A DNA stretch of 64,000 nt, taken from IMG/VR virus record IMGVR_UViG_3300027278_000011; one strand, written 5' to 3'. The translations under genes were made by a program, and so were the position numbers. The notes under the pieces are model-generated. The model ran no database searches, was not told where the DNA came from, and was given only the letters and a program-made list of their open reading frames with translations. Shown piece after piece: positions 16,175-25,533 of the stretch (the first letter of the stretch is position 1; the number at the start of each line of letters is the position of its first letter). The stretch comes from an uncultured virus (IMG/VR IMGVR_UViG_3300027278_000011) (taxonomy: Duplodnaviria; Heunggongvirae; Uroviricota; Caudoviricetes; Schitoviridae).

Positions 16175-16939
16175 ATGATGAGCGAAATTACCGAGGACTT
16201 CCTGATTGCTACCGCTGTGGCCCCGCGAGTGACCAAGGTGATGGTGGACGCCAATCTGAAGAACGTCGAGTACATCTATCACGGTCTGCTGACTCTCTGC
16301 GTGATCACCCTGCAGAACGGGTTCACTGTGACGGGTGAAAGCGCGTGTGCCAGTCCAGAGAACTACCGCAAGGAAACGGGAGAAAAGATCTCCATGGAAA
16401 ATGCCTACGACAAGATCTGGGCACTCATGGGTTACGAGCTGAAGAACAAGCTGGCCATGATCGAAGCCGCAGGTTCTCCGACTGGTGCCATCCTGAATCA
16501 AGGTGCCGAAGTACGGACTGCCCTTGGGCAGAAGGTGGTGCATTTCATTCCGATGACCCGACTGGAATACAACGTGTTGCGTGGCTGGCAACTGCCTGCC
16601 GATGAGAACGGCGATGATGAAGGCTTCCTGGTTCAATACGCCGATGGCGGTGCTTCGAACATGCACGGCTTCAACGGCTACGTCAGTTGGTCTCCCAAGG
16701 CTGTCTTCGAGAAAAGCTACTCCACGGTGGCCGAGGTCAAGGCAACCACTCATGTGGAACGCATGCAGCGCGAGCTGGCTGACCTGCAGATCAAGACCAC
16801 CAAACTGACTGCTTTCTGTGGGGGCGAGGTCTTCCTCACCTTGGCTCCAGAAGATCAACAGGACATGCACAACCAGTTGGCTGCCATGTCCTTGTACAGT
16901 GACACCCTTGAACGTCGCCTGAATCGAGCGATGCAGTAA
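16175..16939 (+). CDS. Three-domain fusion: N4 Gp49/Sf6 gp66-family (Acb4-like) domain, SWSPK domain and crAss001_48-like helical hairpin
   Basis: APRVT..LTLCVITLQNGFTVTGESACASPENY..G..IWALMGY; EGFLVQYADG..YVSWSPKAVFEKSY; ERMQRELADL..KL..F..Q..AM..Y...L..RL. Confidence 0.7.
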   Translation: MMSEITEDFLIATAVAPRVTKVMVDANLKNVEYIYHGLLTLCVITLQNGFTVTGESACASPENYRKETGEKISMENAYDKIWALMGYELKNKLAMIEAAGSPTGAILNQGAEVRTALGQKVVHFIPMTRLEYNVLRGWQLPADENGDDEGFLVQYADGGASNMHGFNGYVSWSPKAVFEKSYSTVAEVKATTHVERMQRELADLQIKTTKLTAFCGGEVFLTLAPEDQQDMHNQLAAMSLYSDTLERRLNRAMQ

Positions 16940-16993
16940 TAAAGGAAAGCAGGGGGAGCCATCTCCCCCTCAACATAAATTAGAGGAAACGCC

Positions 16994-17665
16994 ATGATCA
17001 GTACGCAAGAGTTGGCAGCAGCAATGCCCCCTGCCTTGAAGTCCCAAGCCACCGACTCACTGGCCAACATGCTGAACAACATTGCCAGTGATCCGCTCGT
17101 GGCCGAAACCATGCGGGAGAACTTCATCACCTACTCGCACGTTCTCAAGGACGGCAAGTACAAGATGGATAGTTACCTGAACGCCATCAAGTACGTCAGC
17201 TTCAAGATGATGAACCTGTCCAACGCCGAGGCGTATGAGAAGACGTTTCCTCAACGTATGGCTGCGCTCATAGCAGCAGGAACCAGCAAGAAGGACATCT
17301 CTTCCTATGTGGCCATGTACCACAAAGGTAAGTTGGTGCAGGCGATCCTTGAGCAATCCTTGGTGCCCGTGTGGCTCTTGAACCAAGAAACGTATCAACG
17401 GGCCATCAACGTCCAGGCTGATCTGATGATGAACGCCCAGAGTGAGATGGTGCGGACGACTGCAGCCAACTCCATCCTGACTCATCTGGCGAAACCGAAA
17501 GAGGTTGTAGCCAAGATCTCCCTGGATACCAATGAAAGCAGCGGCATGAATGAACTGCGTGAAGCCATGACCAAGCTGGCACAGCAGCAGCAAGACCTGA
17601 TTCGCAACGGTGTATCTCCTAAAGAGATTGCCGGTCAGCGCATCATTGAAGGTGAGAAGGTATGA
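16994..17665 (+). CDS. terS: Putative terminase small subunit (N4 gp69-like)
   Basis: Helical 223-aa protein with ATGA overlap onto terL; conserved N4 position. Confidence 0.65.
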   Translation: MISTQELAAAMPPALKSQATDSLANMLNNIASDPLVAETMRENFITYSHVLKDGKYKMDSYLNAIKYVSFKMMNLSNAEAYEKTFPQRMAALIAAGTSKKDISSYVAMYHKGKLVQAILEQSLVPVWLLNQETYQRAINVQADLMMNAQSEMVRTTAANSILTHLAKPKEVVAKISLDTNESSGMNELREAMTKLAQQQQDLIRNGVSPKEIAGQRIIEGEKV

Positions 17666-19254
17666 CTGCACTGATCAAACAACGATTGGATGACTGGCTG
17701 AACCAAGTCAGTTACGAAGAACTCAACTCCATACACTACATGCCGTCAGTGTTCGCCCTGACGTTCATGAACTTCATCAAGCTAGCCAACGGTGCTCAAG
17801 GTGAGAGTCACAAGACTCCACCTGTTCATCTGAAGATGCTTGATAAGCTGGCCTCACCCAATAAGTACATCGCTAATCTATGCTTTCGTGGTGCAGCAAA
17901 GACATCTCTATTCATGGAGTATCTTGTGTTGTTCGTGGCGATGTATGGTTATCTCCCTGGTCTAGGTAAGTTGGAGGGGATGATCTACGTGTCTGATTCG
18001 ATGGACAACGGTGTGAAGTCGGCACGTAAGAACATCGAGTTCCGCTACAACAACAGCGAGTTTCTGCAGCAGTGGATTCCGGATGCCACCTTCACTGACA
18101 ACTACATGGAGTTCACCAATGCAGAAGGGCATCGTCTAGGTGTAAAGATGTTTGGTGCCAAGACAGGTCTGCGGGGTACGAAGATCTTCGGTAAGCGTCC
18201 GGTGCTGTGCATTCTCGATGACCTCGTGTCTGACGATGATGCCAAGTCGAAAGCTGCCATGCTGGCGATCAAGGACACCGTATATAAAGGTGTGAACCAC
18301 GCTCTCGATCCGACCCGTCGTAAGGTCGTGTTCAACGGCACACCCTTCAACACCGATGACATCCTGATCGAAGCAGTGGAGTCGGGTGCCTGGGATGTGA
18401 ACGTCTGGCCGGTGTGTGAGAAGTTCCCCTGCTCTCGTGAAGAGTTCCGTGGTGCTTGGGAAGATCGCTTCAGCTTCGACTACATTCAAGAGCAGTACGA
18501 CATGGCTCTGGCCACAGGCAAGCTGTCTGCTTTCTACCAGGAACTGATGCTGCGCATTACCTCTGAAGAAGAGCGGTTGGTGCAGGATGACGAGATCGGC
18601 TGGTACTCCCGAAGCCAACTGCTGCAAAACAAATCGTCCTTCAACTTCTACACCACCACTGACTTCGCCACCTCGGCTAAGCAAACAGCGGATGACAGCG
18701 TAATCTCCCATTGGGCATACAACGCCAACGGCGATTGGTTCTGGGTGGATGGCAACTGTGAAAAACAAACGATGGATAAGACCATCGACCAGTTGTTTGA
18801 CGGGGTGAGCAACTACAAGCCTCAGCAAGTAGGCATTGAGATCACTGGCCAACAAGGTGCATTCATCACTTGGCTCCAGCAAGAGATGATGACTCGCAAC
18901 ATCTGGTTCAACTTCGCATCGTCAGAAAAGAGTGGAGCACCAGGTATTCGACCCACCGCTGACAAGCTGACACGATTCAACATGGTTGTTCCTTGGTTCA
19001 AGGCACGGAAGATTTACTTCCCGCTGGAGATGAAAAACAGCATCATTGTCGGGAAGTTCTTGGAGCAGATCCGCCTCACCACCAAAAGTGGGATCAAGGG
19101 TAAGGATGACTGCTTGGATACGATCTCCCAGTTGGCCTACCTCAAACCGTGGAAGCCATCCGAGTCAGCTCCGGTGACTGCGCACGAAGTAGAGATCTGG
19201 GAAGAAGAAACCGGACAGGGTGACGAATCAGCTCTGTCTTCCTACATCGTGTGA
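17662..19254 (+). CDS. terL: Terminase large subunit
   Basis: CFRGAAKT Walker A, LRG, CILDDL Walker B, NGTP, nuclease TTDFATS, GKDDCLD. Confidence 0.95.
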   Translation: MTALIKQRLDDWLNQVSYEELNSIHYMPSVFALTFMNFIKLANGAQGESHKTPPVHLKMLDKLASPNKYIANLCFRGAAKTSLFMEYLVLFVAMYGYLPGLGKLEGMIYVSDSMDNGVKSARKNIEFRYNNSEFLQQWIPDATFTDNYMEFTNAEGHRLGVKMFGAKTGLRGTKIFGKRPVLCILDDLVSDDDAKSKAAMLAIKDTVYKGVNHALDPTRRKVVFNGTPFNTDDILIEAVESGAWDVNVWPVCEKFPCSREEFRGAWEDRFSFDYIQEQYDMALATGKLSAFYQELMLRITSEEERLVQDDEIGWYSRSQLLQNKSSFNFYTTTDFATSAKQTADDSVISHWAYNANGDWFWVDGNCEKQTMDKTIDQLFDGVSNYKPQQVGIEITGQQGAFITWLQQEMMTRNIWFNFASSEKSGAPGIRPTADKLTRFNMVVPWFKARKIYFPLEMKNSIIVGKFLEQIRLTTKSGIKGKDDCLDTISQLAYLKPWKPSESAPVTAHEVEIWEEETGQGDESALSSYIV

Positions 19255-19260
19255 GGCGAT

Positions 19261-19962
19261 ATGAATATCGAAGATCTGTTCCGCAACCTGTCGTATGGGG
19301 AACTGTCGAACTTGGCCCTGTCGGGTGAAGGCTCGGGCACTATTATTGAAAGTGCTCGCCCCAAGATCGTCATGTATGCAAACGACGCACTGACTCGACT
19401 GCACACTCGGTTCCCCCTGCGAACAAAGGATGTTCTGTTGGAGATGTATGCACACATCACCAACTATCATTTGCTGCCACGCTTTGCCCGCAGTACCAGT
19501 CCCCAGGTAGAGAAGTATCCGTATATTCTGGATCTGCCACTTGAACCATTCGTTGATGAAGTGATTCAGGTCGAGAGTGTCTTCGACACCTATGGTTGCA
19601 CCGTTCCCCTGAATGACGAAGGCAACTGCCTTTCTGTGTTCACCCCACAGGCTAAGGTTTTACAAGTTCCACATCCGATTGCTGGTGCTGCACTCAACGT
19701 GGTGTACCGAACTAAGCACGACAACCTGGATCATGAGAAACTTGAGCAACCCATCTTCCTACCAGAAACACTGCACAGTGCGTTCACTGCTTACATCGCC
19801 TACAAAATGTACAGCCACATGAACACTGTCGAAGCCACGAACAAGGCTCAAGAGCATCTGGCTTTCTACGAAAGTGTCTGCAACGAAGTAACTGAACACG
19901 ATGCCGTCAACGTCAGCATCTCCACAACCAACCAACGCTTTGAAGAACGAGGATGGATCTAA
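19261..19962 (+). CDS. Head-tail adaptor (N4 gp67-like)
   Basis: LSYGELSN, ANDALTRLHTRF, AYIAYK, C-terminal RFEERGWI; follows terL. Confidence 0.75.
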   Translation: MNIEDLFRNLSYGELSNLALSGEGSGTIIESARPKIVMYANDALTRLHTRFPLRTKDVLLEMYAHITNYHLLPRFARSTSPQVEKYPYILDLPLEPFVDEVIQVESVFDTYGCTVPLNDEGNCLSVFTPQAKVLQVPHPIAGAALNVVYRTKHDNLDHEKLEQPIFLPETLHSAFTAYIAYKMYSHMNTVEATNKAQEHLAFYESVCNEVTEHDAVNVSISTTNQRFEERGWI

Positions 19963-20384
19963 TGCAACGAGCAACCGCAAGTCCCTATGGTGGTAGTGCG
20001 CAGATGGTGGATAAGATGATCGGCAACGCTTACGACACTGTGAAGTTGGTGGCAGATAACCTTCAGTTGTTGGAGTATCTGGTCAACAACATGGAAGCCT
20101 TGGTCAAAATCGCCAATGACCTGAGCACGACCAGTATCGTGCTGGGTATTGCAGGCAACCCCGGCGAAACCACTCAATTGGCTTTGCCTGCAGGTGTTGA
20201 CCAAGACTCGGTGACAGCTATGGCTGTACTGCTGGATGACGGTAACGGTGGTCTCTACGGCTTTGAGAGCAACCACTTCACCTTCTATATGCTCAACGGT
20301 TCCCTGCGTTTGACGATGAACCCAGTGGCTCCTCAATCGTTGGCTGGTGCTTCGGTGCGTTGGTCGATCTCTCATAAGGTGTAA
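19953..20384 (+). CDS. Tail appendage attachment protein (resembles N4 gp66 N-terminus)
   Basis: VDKMIGNAYDTVKLVADNL segment; position after the adaptor. Confidence 0.55.
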   Translation: MDLMQRATASPYGGSAQMVDKMIGNAYDTVKLVADNLQLLEYLVNNMEALVKIANDLSTTSIVLGIAGNPGETTQLALPAGVDQDSVTAMAVLLDDGNGGLYGFESNHFTFYMLNGSLRLTMNPVAPQSLAGASVRWSISHKV

Positions 20385-20387
20385 GCC

Positions 20388-21035
20388 ATGAGTAAAACGT
20401 ACATTTCTCTGACTGACTTCGCTAAGGGTAACCCCTTGGTGAACCATTCCAGTCGAGAGATCCCGCTATGGCAAAAAGGAAAGCCTCCTTACGGATTGAC
20501 CATACCCAAGGAGCAGCTCTTCTTCGGGGGTATGGTTCTCGGACTGATTAAGACCAACAACCTGGAGCTGACCAACACTGGCATCAAGCCGTTACAGATC
20601 AACAACATCACCTTGAATGGTGTTGGCTATGCGCTTCCTGAAGAACTGCCAGCGATCATTTACCCCGGCAAAAGTGTGATTCTGCCTGTAAGTTTTCAGC
20701 CTACGAGCTATGGCTTGCTGGCTGCCATCTTGAAAGTGGACGCTGGAATTGGGGGAACCTACCAATTCCGTCTACTGGGTCAAGGTGTATGGGATCACGT
20801 TGGTGCTGTGACAGACATGCTGAACAATCTGTGGGGTTTCCTGCAGCGTTCCGTGCAGCCCGCCATTGTGGACTCTGGCCCTTCACTGAGCTTGTCCAAT
20901 ACTTCGGTGGACTTTACTGAAGTCAATGTAGATAGTTCCTCCAGCATCTTCACTTACACAATAACGAACGCCGGTAATCAGCCGCTGATCATCGACGACA
21001 TTTCAATCTCCGGGGACTTTGAGATCGTACCATGA
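20388..21035 (+). CDS. Tail protein with ASH/choice-of-anchor-D-like Ig domains
   Basis: LTNTGIKPLQINNI..VSFQPT..LLGQG; ITNAGNQPLIIDDISISGDF. Confidence 0.7.
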   Translation: MSKTYISLTDFAKGNPLVNHSSREIPLWQKGKPPYGLTIPKEQLFFGGMVLGLIKTNNLELTNTGIKPLQINNITLNGVGYALPEELPAIIYPGKSVILPVSFQPTSYGLLAAILKVDAGIGGTYQFRLLGQGVWDHVGAVTDMLNNLWGFLQRSVQPAIVDSGPSLSLSNTSVDFTEVNVDSSSSIFTYTITNAGNQPLIIDDISISGDFEIVP

Positions 21036-24000
21036 GTATTACTATTCCTCCGTTTGGTTCTCATGTGATCAAGCTGCGGTTCAAACCGACAGCCGAAGGT
21101 GTTCGTCAAGGAAACCTGACCTTCACCTCCAACACACCCAACAGTCCCCATACTATTTCACTGACCGGTATTGGTAAGTCCACTTCTGGTGGTGGTGGTA
21201 CTGATCCAGAACCTGTCGGCAATATCACCTATCTTTCTGCTGATGGTGGGAAGCTACGCGATGGGAAAGGTACTGGTGAGATCGTTCAACTGAAGTCGAT
21301 CAACTGGTACGGTTTTGAACAGATCGGTGTACCTACCGGTGCCTGGACACGTCCTTTCCGTACCAAAGTGGTAGGTGGCACCCTTCGTGAAGGGATGCTG
21401 GATGAAATCAAACGTCTGGGGTTCAACTCCATTCGTTTGCTCTTTTCCCAAGACTGTACCTGGCCCGGTTACAAACCAGAAACTCGTAACGGTTACTGGA
21501 ACACCACCTATATCAATCCCCAGTTGAATGGGGAACTGCTGACGAGTCCCACTCAAGAGAACCCGCAAGCAGTCAAATCCACTGTTGAAATCATCGACCA
21601 GTTCGTAGCTTGGTGTGAGGAGCTGGAACTTCGCATTGTCTTCGACATGCACACCCTGGCTCCGGATGACAGCAATGTCCTGGCAACCAATGGCAAGTGG
21701 TACACCACTGCTCATCCTGATGATGCTGGTGCAACTGCTGGTGCCAAGCGGGAACCACGTAGCGAAGCTCAAGCTATTGCTGCCCATGTGTTCCTGGCCA
21801 ACCGCTACAAGAATCGCCCCATCGTCTGCGGCTTCGACATCATCAACGAACCTCACAACTGCACCTGGGATCGTGATCCCTTGACTGGTGTGGTGGGCTT
21901 CTATGAGCGTTGCGGCAAAGCAATCCATGCTGTAAACCCGGATGTTCTGGTCATTTGCGAAGGTGTCACTGGTAACATCGACCACACTCCGGTTGGTCAC
22001 GAAGGTGATGTGGAATCCACCACAGGTCTGTACCAATGGAGTACCTGGTGGTCAGGTAAGCTGGATGATGCCCGGACTACTCGTGTGACCCTGAACGTGG
22101 CCAATAAGGTCATGTACTCGCCGCATGAATACGGTGCCTACCTGCAGGGTGTAACTCTGCAACCTTGGTTCGATCCTGAAGGTAAAGTGGGCAGCAACTA
22201 CGCTGGTGATCCTTTCCCGCAGAACCTGCCGGAAGTCTGGCGTCGTCAGTGGGGCTTCCTTGCTGAAGAAAACATTGCGCCCCTCTGGATCGGTGAATTT
22301 GGTTCGTACCTTCGCATTGGTGGTGATCCGATCACTGGGCAGGGTGCAGATTACGATGCCAACCACTTGGCCAAAGATGAAGACTGGCTGACGTACTTGG
22401 CTGATTACTGCGATACCCACAACATCAGCTTTGCCTACTGGGCTTACCCTCCAGGTGGCGATCCAGATGGTTTGGTTGGCCAAGCTCCTGCCGGTACTTG
22501 GGGTGCAGCTCAGGACTTCAAAGTTACCTACTTGGCTCCGTTCATCACGCCAGTGTCTGTAGCAGATCTGTCCGCCTACCCAACAACTGCAGCGTTTGGT
22601 GAGCGGGAGATCAATGACGTATACACCCTGACTGTGGAACTGCGTAACAGCACTGCAGGTGGCATTCAGATCAATGCCTCCAGTGATAGCGCGGTCTTCG
22701 CTGTGACTCCGGACATTGCAACTGTCCCTGCAGGTGGTGTGCTAAATCTCACTGTCACTTACGACGTGGGTGCTGAGTTTGGTGTTACCCATTCAGGCAA
22801 CATCACTGTTACTTATGGTGTCGGTGGTTCGATCACTATTCCGGTAACAGGCAGTGCGGTCGAAGAACCAACTGAGCCAGAAGTTACCCCAATTCACATT
22901 GATCTTCCGTCCAATGCCTGGGGTATCACTGCTGTGGGTGACTCCCTGACAGAAGGGGGTGAATACTTCCACAACGGTTGGCTGGCCAAGGCGTGCTTCT
23001 ACAGTAACCAGTATCTGCGTGATCGTGGCAATGTCGCTGTGTCTGGCTCGCAGGTTGAGCACGCCCGTGATACCCAGTTGCCAATGATTCTGGCGATGAA
23101 TCCTCCACCCAAGATGTGCGTTGTGGCTACAGGCACCAACTCCATCTACACCGGTGTCGCTGGTGTAGAAGTGGTCAAGGAGATCTGTCAGACCCTCATT
23201 GCCAACTCGATCTACCCTGTGTTGTGGACTCTACCTCCACGTAATGACCAGTCGAGCATGGATGGCAACTACAACCTGTGGAACGACGCCATCAAGGCGT
23301 ACCACCTGGAAACTGGCATTCCTCTGCTGGATGGCTTCGAAGCTCTGCGTATCCCTGGTTCGATGCGTGCTCGTCCGGAGTATATGAACCCGGATGGTCT
23401 GCACTTCAGCAACCTGGGTTACACCGCACTGGGTCAATACGCCATTGATAGTGGTGCGTTTACTGCTGCCCCAACAGACGGCAAGATCGCCCTGGCCACT
23501 ACAGCAGGTGGCGACAACCTTGTACCGAACCCGCTGTTCACTGGCGGTTCCAACGGTGTTTCGACCAACCTCACGCTGGCTTCTGGGTTCATTGGCCAAC
23601 AACTGTCTGCTGAAGCTGGTAACTGGCAGCGGATCATTCGTCCTGCCGGTCTGACTGGTGACGAGACCGTTGTGAGCATGATCGACATGTTCGTCATCCC
23701 AACCGGTGTACCGATCTCGTTGGCCTGTAAAGTTCGCTGGGATACTGGTGGACTGAAGGGTGGCACGAACATGGAAGATGCTGCTTGGCAGCTCGGCATG
23801 CAGATGATGTTTACAGATGCGACATGGGGTAGTTTCCCTGGTGCCTTGCAAGTAGTTGTCGGCCCTCAAGGTGACAGCGAAGAAGAAGGTACAATGTTCA
23901 TGCACGTAACTCCCCCGACTGGAGCAAACCGACTGATTGTTCAGTTGATGTCTCTGTCGGATGATGTGCTGGCACACACTGCGGACATTTCGTTTGATGT

Positions 24001-24142
24001 CTCTCAGCTCACAGTGATTGAAGGCAACTTTGCATTCAACAGCACTGATCCGAGTCCGAATCCAACCGAAAATGCAAACGCTCTACGGGATTCCAACAAC
24101 GATGCACTGTTGGACACCAACTCCTCTGAACTTGAGAGCTGA
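21032..24142 (+). CDS. Tail-associated GH5 endoglucanase with Ig domains and SGNH esterase
   Basis: GH5: INWYGFE, FNSIRL, FDMH, DIINEPH (acid/base), YSPHEY, LWIGEFG (nucleophile). SGNH: GDSLT, AVSG, GTNS, DGLH. Confidence 0.9.
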   Translation: MSITIPPFGSHVIKLRFKPTAEGVRQGNLTFTSNTPNSPHTISLTGIGKSTSGGGGTDPEPVGNITYLSADGGKLRDGKGTGEIVQLKSINWYGFEQIGVPTGAWTRPFRTKVVGGTLREGMLDEIKRLGFNSIRLLFSQDCTWPGYKPETRNGYWNTTYINPQLNGELLTSPTQENPQAVKSTVEIIDQFVAWCEELELRIVFDMHTLAPDDSNVLATNGKWYTTAHPDDAGATAGAKREPRSEAQAIAAHVFLANRYKNRPIVCGFDIINEPHNCTWDRDPLTGVVGFYERCGKAIHAVNPDVLVICEGVTGNIDHTPVGHEGDVESTTGLYQWSTWWSGKLDDARTTRVTLNVANKVMYSPHEYGAYLQGVTLQPWFDPEGKVGSNYAGDPFPQNLPEVWRRQWGFLAEENIAPLWIGEFGSYLRIGGDPITGQGADYDANHLAKDEDWLTYLADYCDTHNISFAYWAYPPGGDPDGLVGQAPAGTWGAAQDFKVTYLAPFITPVSVADLSAYPTTAAFGEREINDVYTLTVELRNSTAGGIQINASSDSAVFAVTPDIATVPAGGVLNLTVTYDVGAEFGVTHSGNITVTYGVGGSITIPVTGSAVEEPTEPEVTPIHIDLPSNAWGITAVGDSLTEGGEYFHNGWLAKACFYSNQYLRDRGNVAVSGSQVEHARDTQLPMILAMNPPPKMCVVATGTNSIYTGVAGVEVVKEICQTLIANSIYPVLWTLPPRNDQSSMDGNYNLWNDAIKAYHLETGIPLLDGFEALRIPGSMRARPEYMNPDGLHFSNLGYTALGQYAIDSGAFTAAPTDGKIALATTAGGDNLVPNPLFTGGSNGVSTNLTLASGFIGQQLSAEAGNWQRIIRPAGLTGDETVVSMIDMFVIPTGVPISLACKVRWDTGGLKGGTNMEDAAWQLGMQMMFTDATWGSFPGALQVVVGPQGDSEEEGTMFMHVTPPTGANRLIVQLMSLSDDVLAHTADISFDVSQLTVIEGNFAFNSTDPSPNPTENANALRDSNNDALLDTNSSELES

Positions 24143-24144
24143 TC

Positions 24145-25521
24145 ATGCCAAAACTCAATACCTACACACTCAATACCGCAGTGAACGCTGCTTTCCAGAT
24201 GCTGGGGATCATCCCCGGCGCTGGCAGCACTTTCCAGACTGTGCGTGTCTCCCCGGCTGCACTGATCGCATTCATCCAAGAGCACTCCGCTGCTGTGGAT
24301 GGTCGTGAAGTGGAAATGCAGAAGTCTGCATCCCACGTCCAATGGCGCTATGTTGGGGATGCAACCTGGATTGACTTGATCCCGCTTGCTGACATCACTG
24401 GCCCGTCCGGTGCAAATGGTGCTGACGGTGATGAAGTGGAGATGCGTACCAACTCCACCCATGTGCAGTGGAAACTGCTGTCTGCATCTGTCTGGAACAA
24501 CCTGATTCCTCTGGTGGATTTGAAAGGCGAAGCAGGCACTGGCCTCACCAACCGTGGCGTCTGGGCTGCAGGCACCTTCAACCCTGGCGATTACGTGTTC
24601 GCCACTGGTTCCATTGGTTCCGGTAACGCTATGTGGGTTCTCTCTGACAGTGCCCCGTATGCTTCCAGCGTGCAGCCGAAAGATGATGCAACCCACTGGA
24701 TTGAGCAGGCAGCTCCTGCTGGCCCTGCCGGTGATGATGGTCTTTCGGTTGAGCTGCAGAAATCGGCCACCCACATTCAGTGGCGTCAAACAGGTGGTAC
24801 TTGGGCTAACCTGGTTCCCTTGGCTGATCTCGTGGGTGCTTCGGGTAGTGTAGGTGCCAACGGCAAGACTGTGCTGACCACTTCGGGTGCCCCGTCTGCT
24901 GGCACTGGCACTGATGGTGACTTCGCCTACGACCCAACCGCCATGATCATGTATGGCCCGAAGGCTGCTGGTGCTTGGCCTGCAGGTGTAATCCTGAAAG
25001 GTTCTGCCGGTACGGCAGGTGCAGCCGGTGCAAAGTGGTACACCGGCACTGACGTTCCTGCTGCTGGAACCGGTGTGGATGGTGACTTCTATCTGCGATC
25101 CAACGGTGACTATTACGGCCCGAAAGCATCTGGTGCTTGGGGTGCAGTAGTGGCCAGCCTCAAGGGTGCAACTGGTTCGGGTGGTGGTGGAGGTGGTGGC
25201 GTAATCAGTGGTGTCTACACAATTGCCAACAACGCTATCAAAGAGTTCAGCATCACACCCGGTATTGGTGGCATGTTCGCTGTGTACCACGAAGCCTTGG
25301 GTGCCACACCGTCTTCCATCTTCATGTTTGAAGCTGGCGCAGCTCCCCGATTGTTTGCTGTTGTTCAGGGAAGTGTTGCTGGTAACGTGGGTGCTCTCAC
25401 TGGTACTACTGGGGTAGACGGCGACGTCACTGCAGGTGTTGCCAACGGCAAACTTTATGTTGAGAACCGGATTGGTTGGTCGATCAACGTCAAAGTTTTC
25501 GCCTCCGTACCTGAAGTCTAA
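24145..25521 (+). CDS. Fibre protein with collagen-like linkers and internal repeats
   Basis: Three GxxVE(M/L)xxxxxH(V/I)QW..W.NL(I/V)PL.D repeats and two GTGxDGDF..YGPKAxGAW repeats; GXY triplets. Confidence 0.8.
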   Translation: MPKLNTYTLNTAVNAAFQMLGIIPGAGSTFQTVRVSPAALIAFIQEHSAAVDGREVEMQKSASHVQWRYVGDATWIDLIPLADITGPSGANGADGDEVEMRTNSTHVQWKLLSASVWNNLIPLVDLKGEAGTGLTNRGVWAAGTFNPGDYVFATGSIGSGNAMWVLSDSAPYASSVQPKDDATHWIEQAAPAGPAGDDGLSVELQKSATHIQWRQTGGTWANLVPLADLVGASGSVGANGKTVLTTSGAPSAGTGTDGDFAYDPTAMIMYGPKAAGAWPAGVILKGSAGTAGAAGAKWYTGTDVPAAGTGVDGDFYLRSNGDYYGPKASGAWGAVVASLKGATGSGGGGGGGVISGVYTIANNAIKEFSITPGIGGMFAVYHEALGATPSSIFMFEAGAAPRLFAVVQGSVAGNVGALTGTTGVDGDVTAGVANGKLYVENRIGWSINVKVFASVPEV

Positions 25522-25533
25522 TAAGGAAACATC

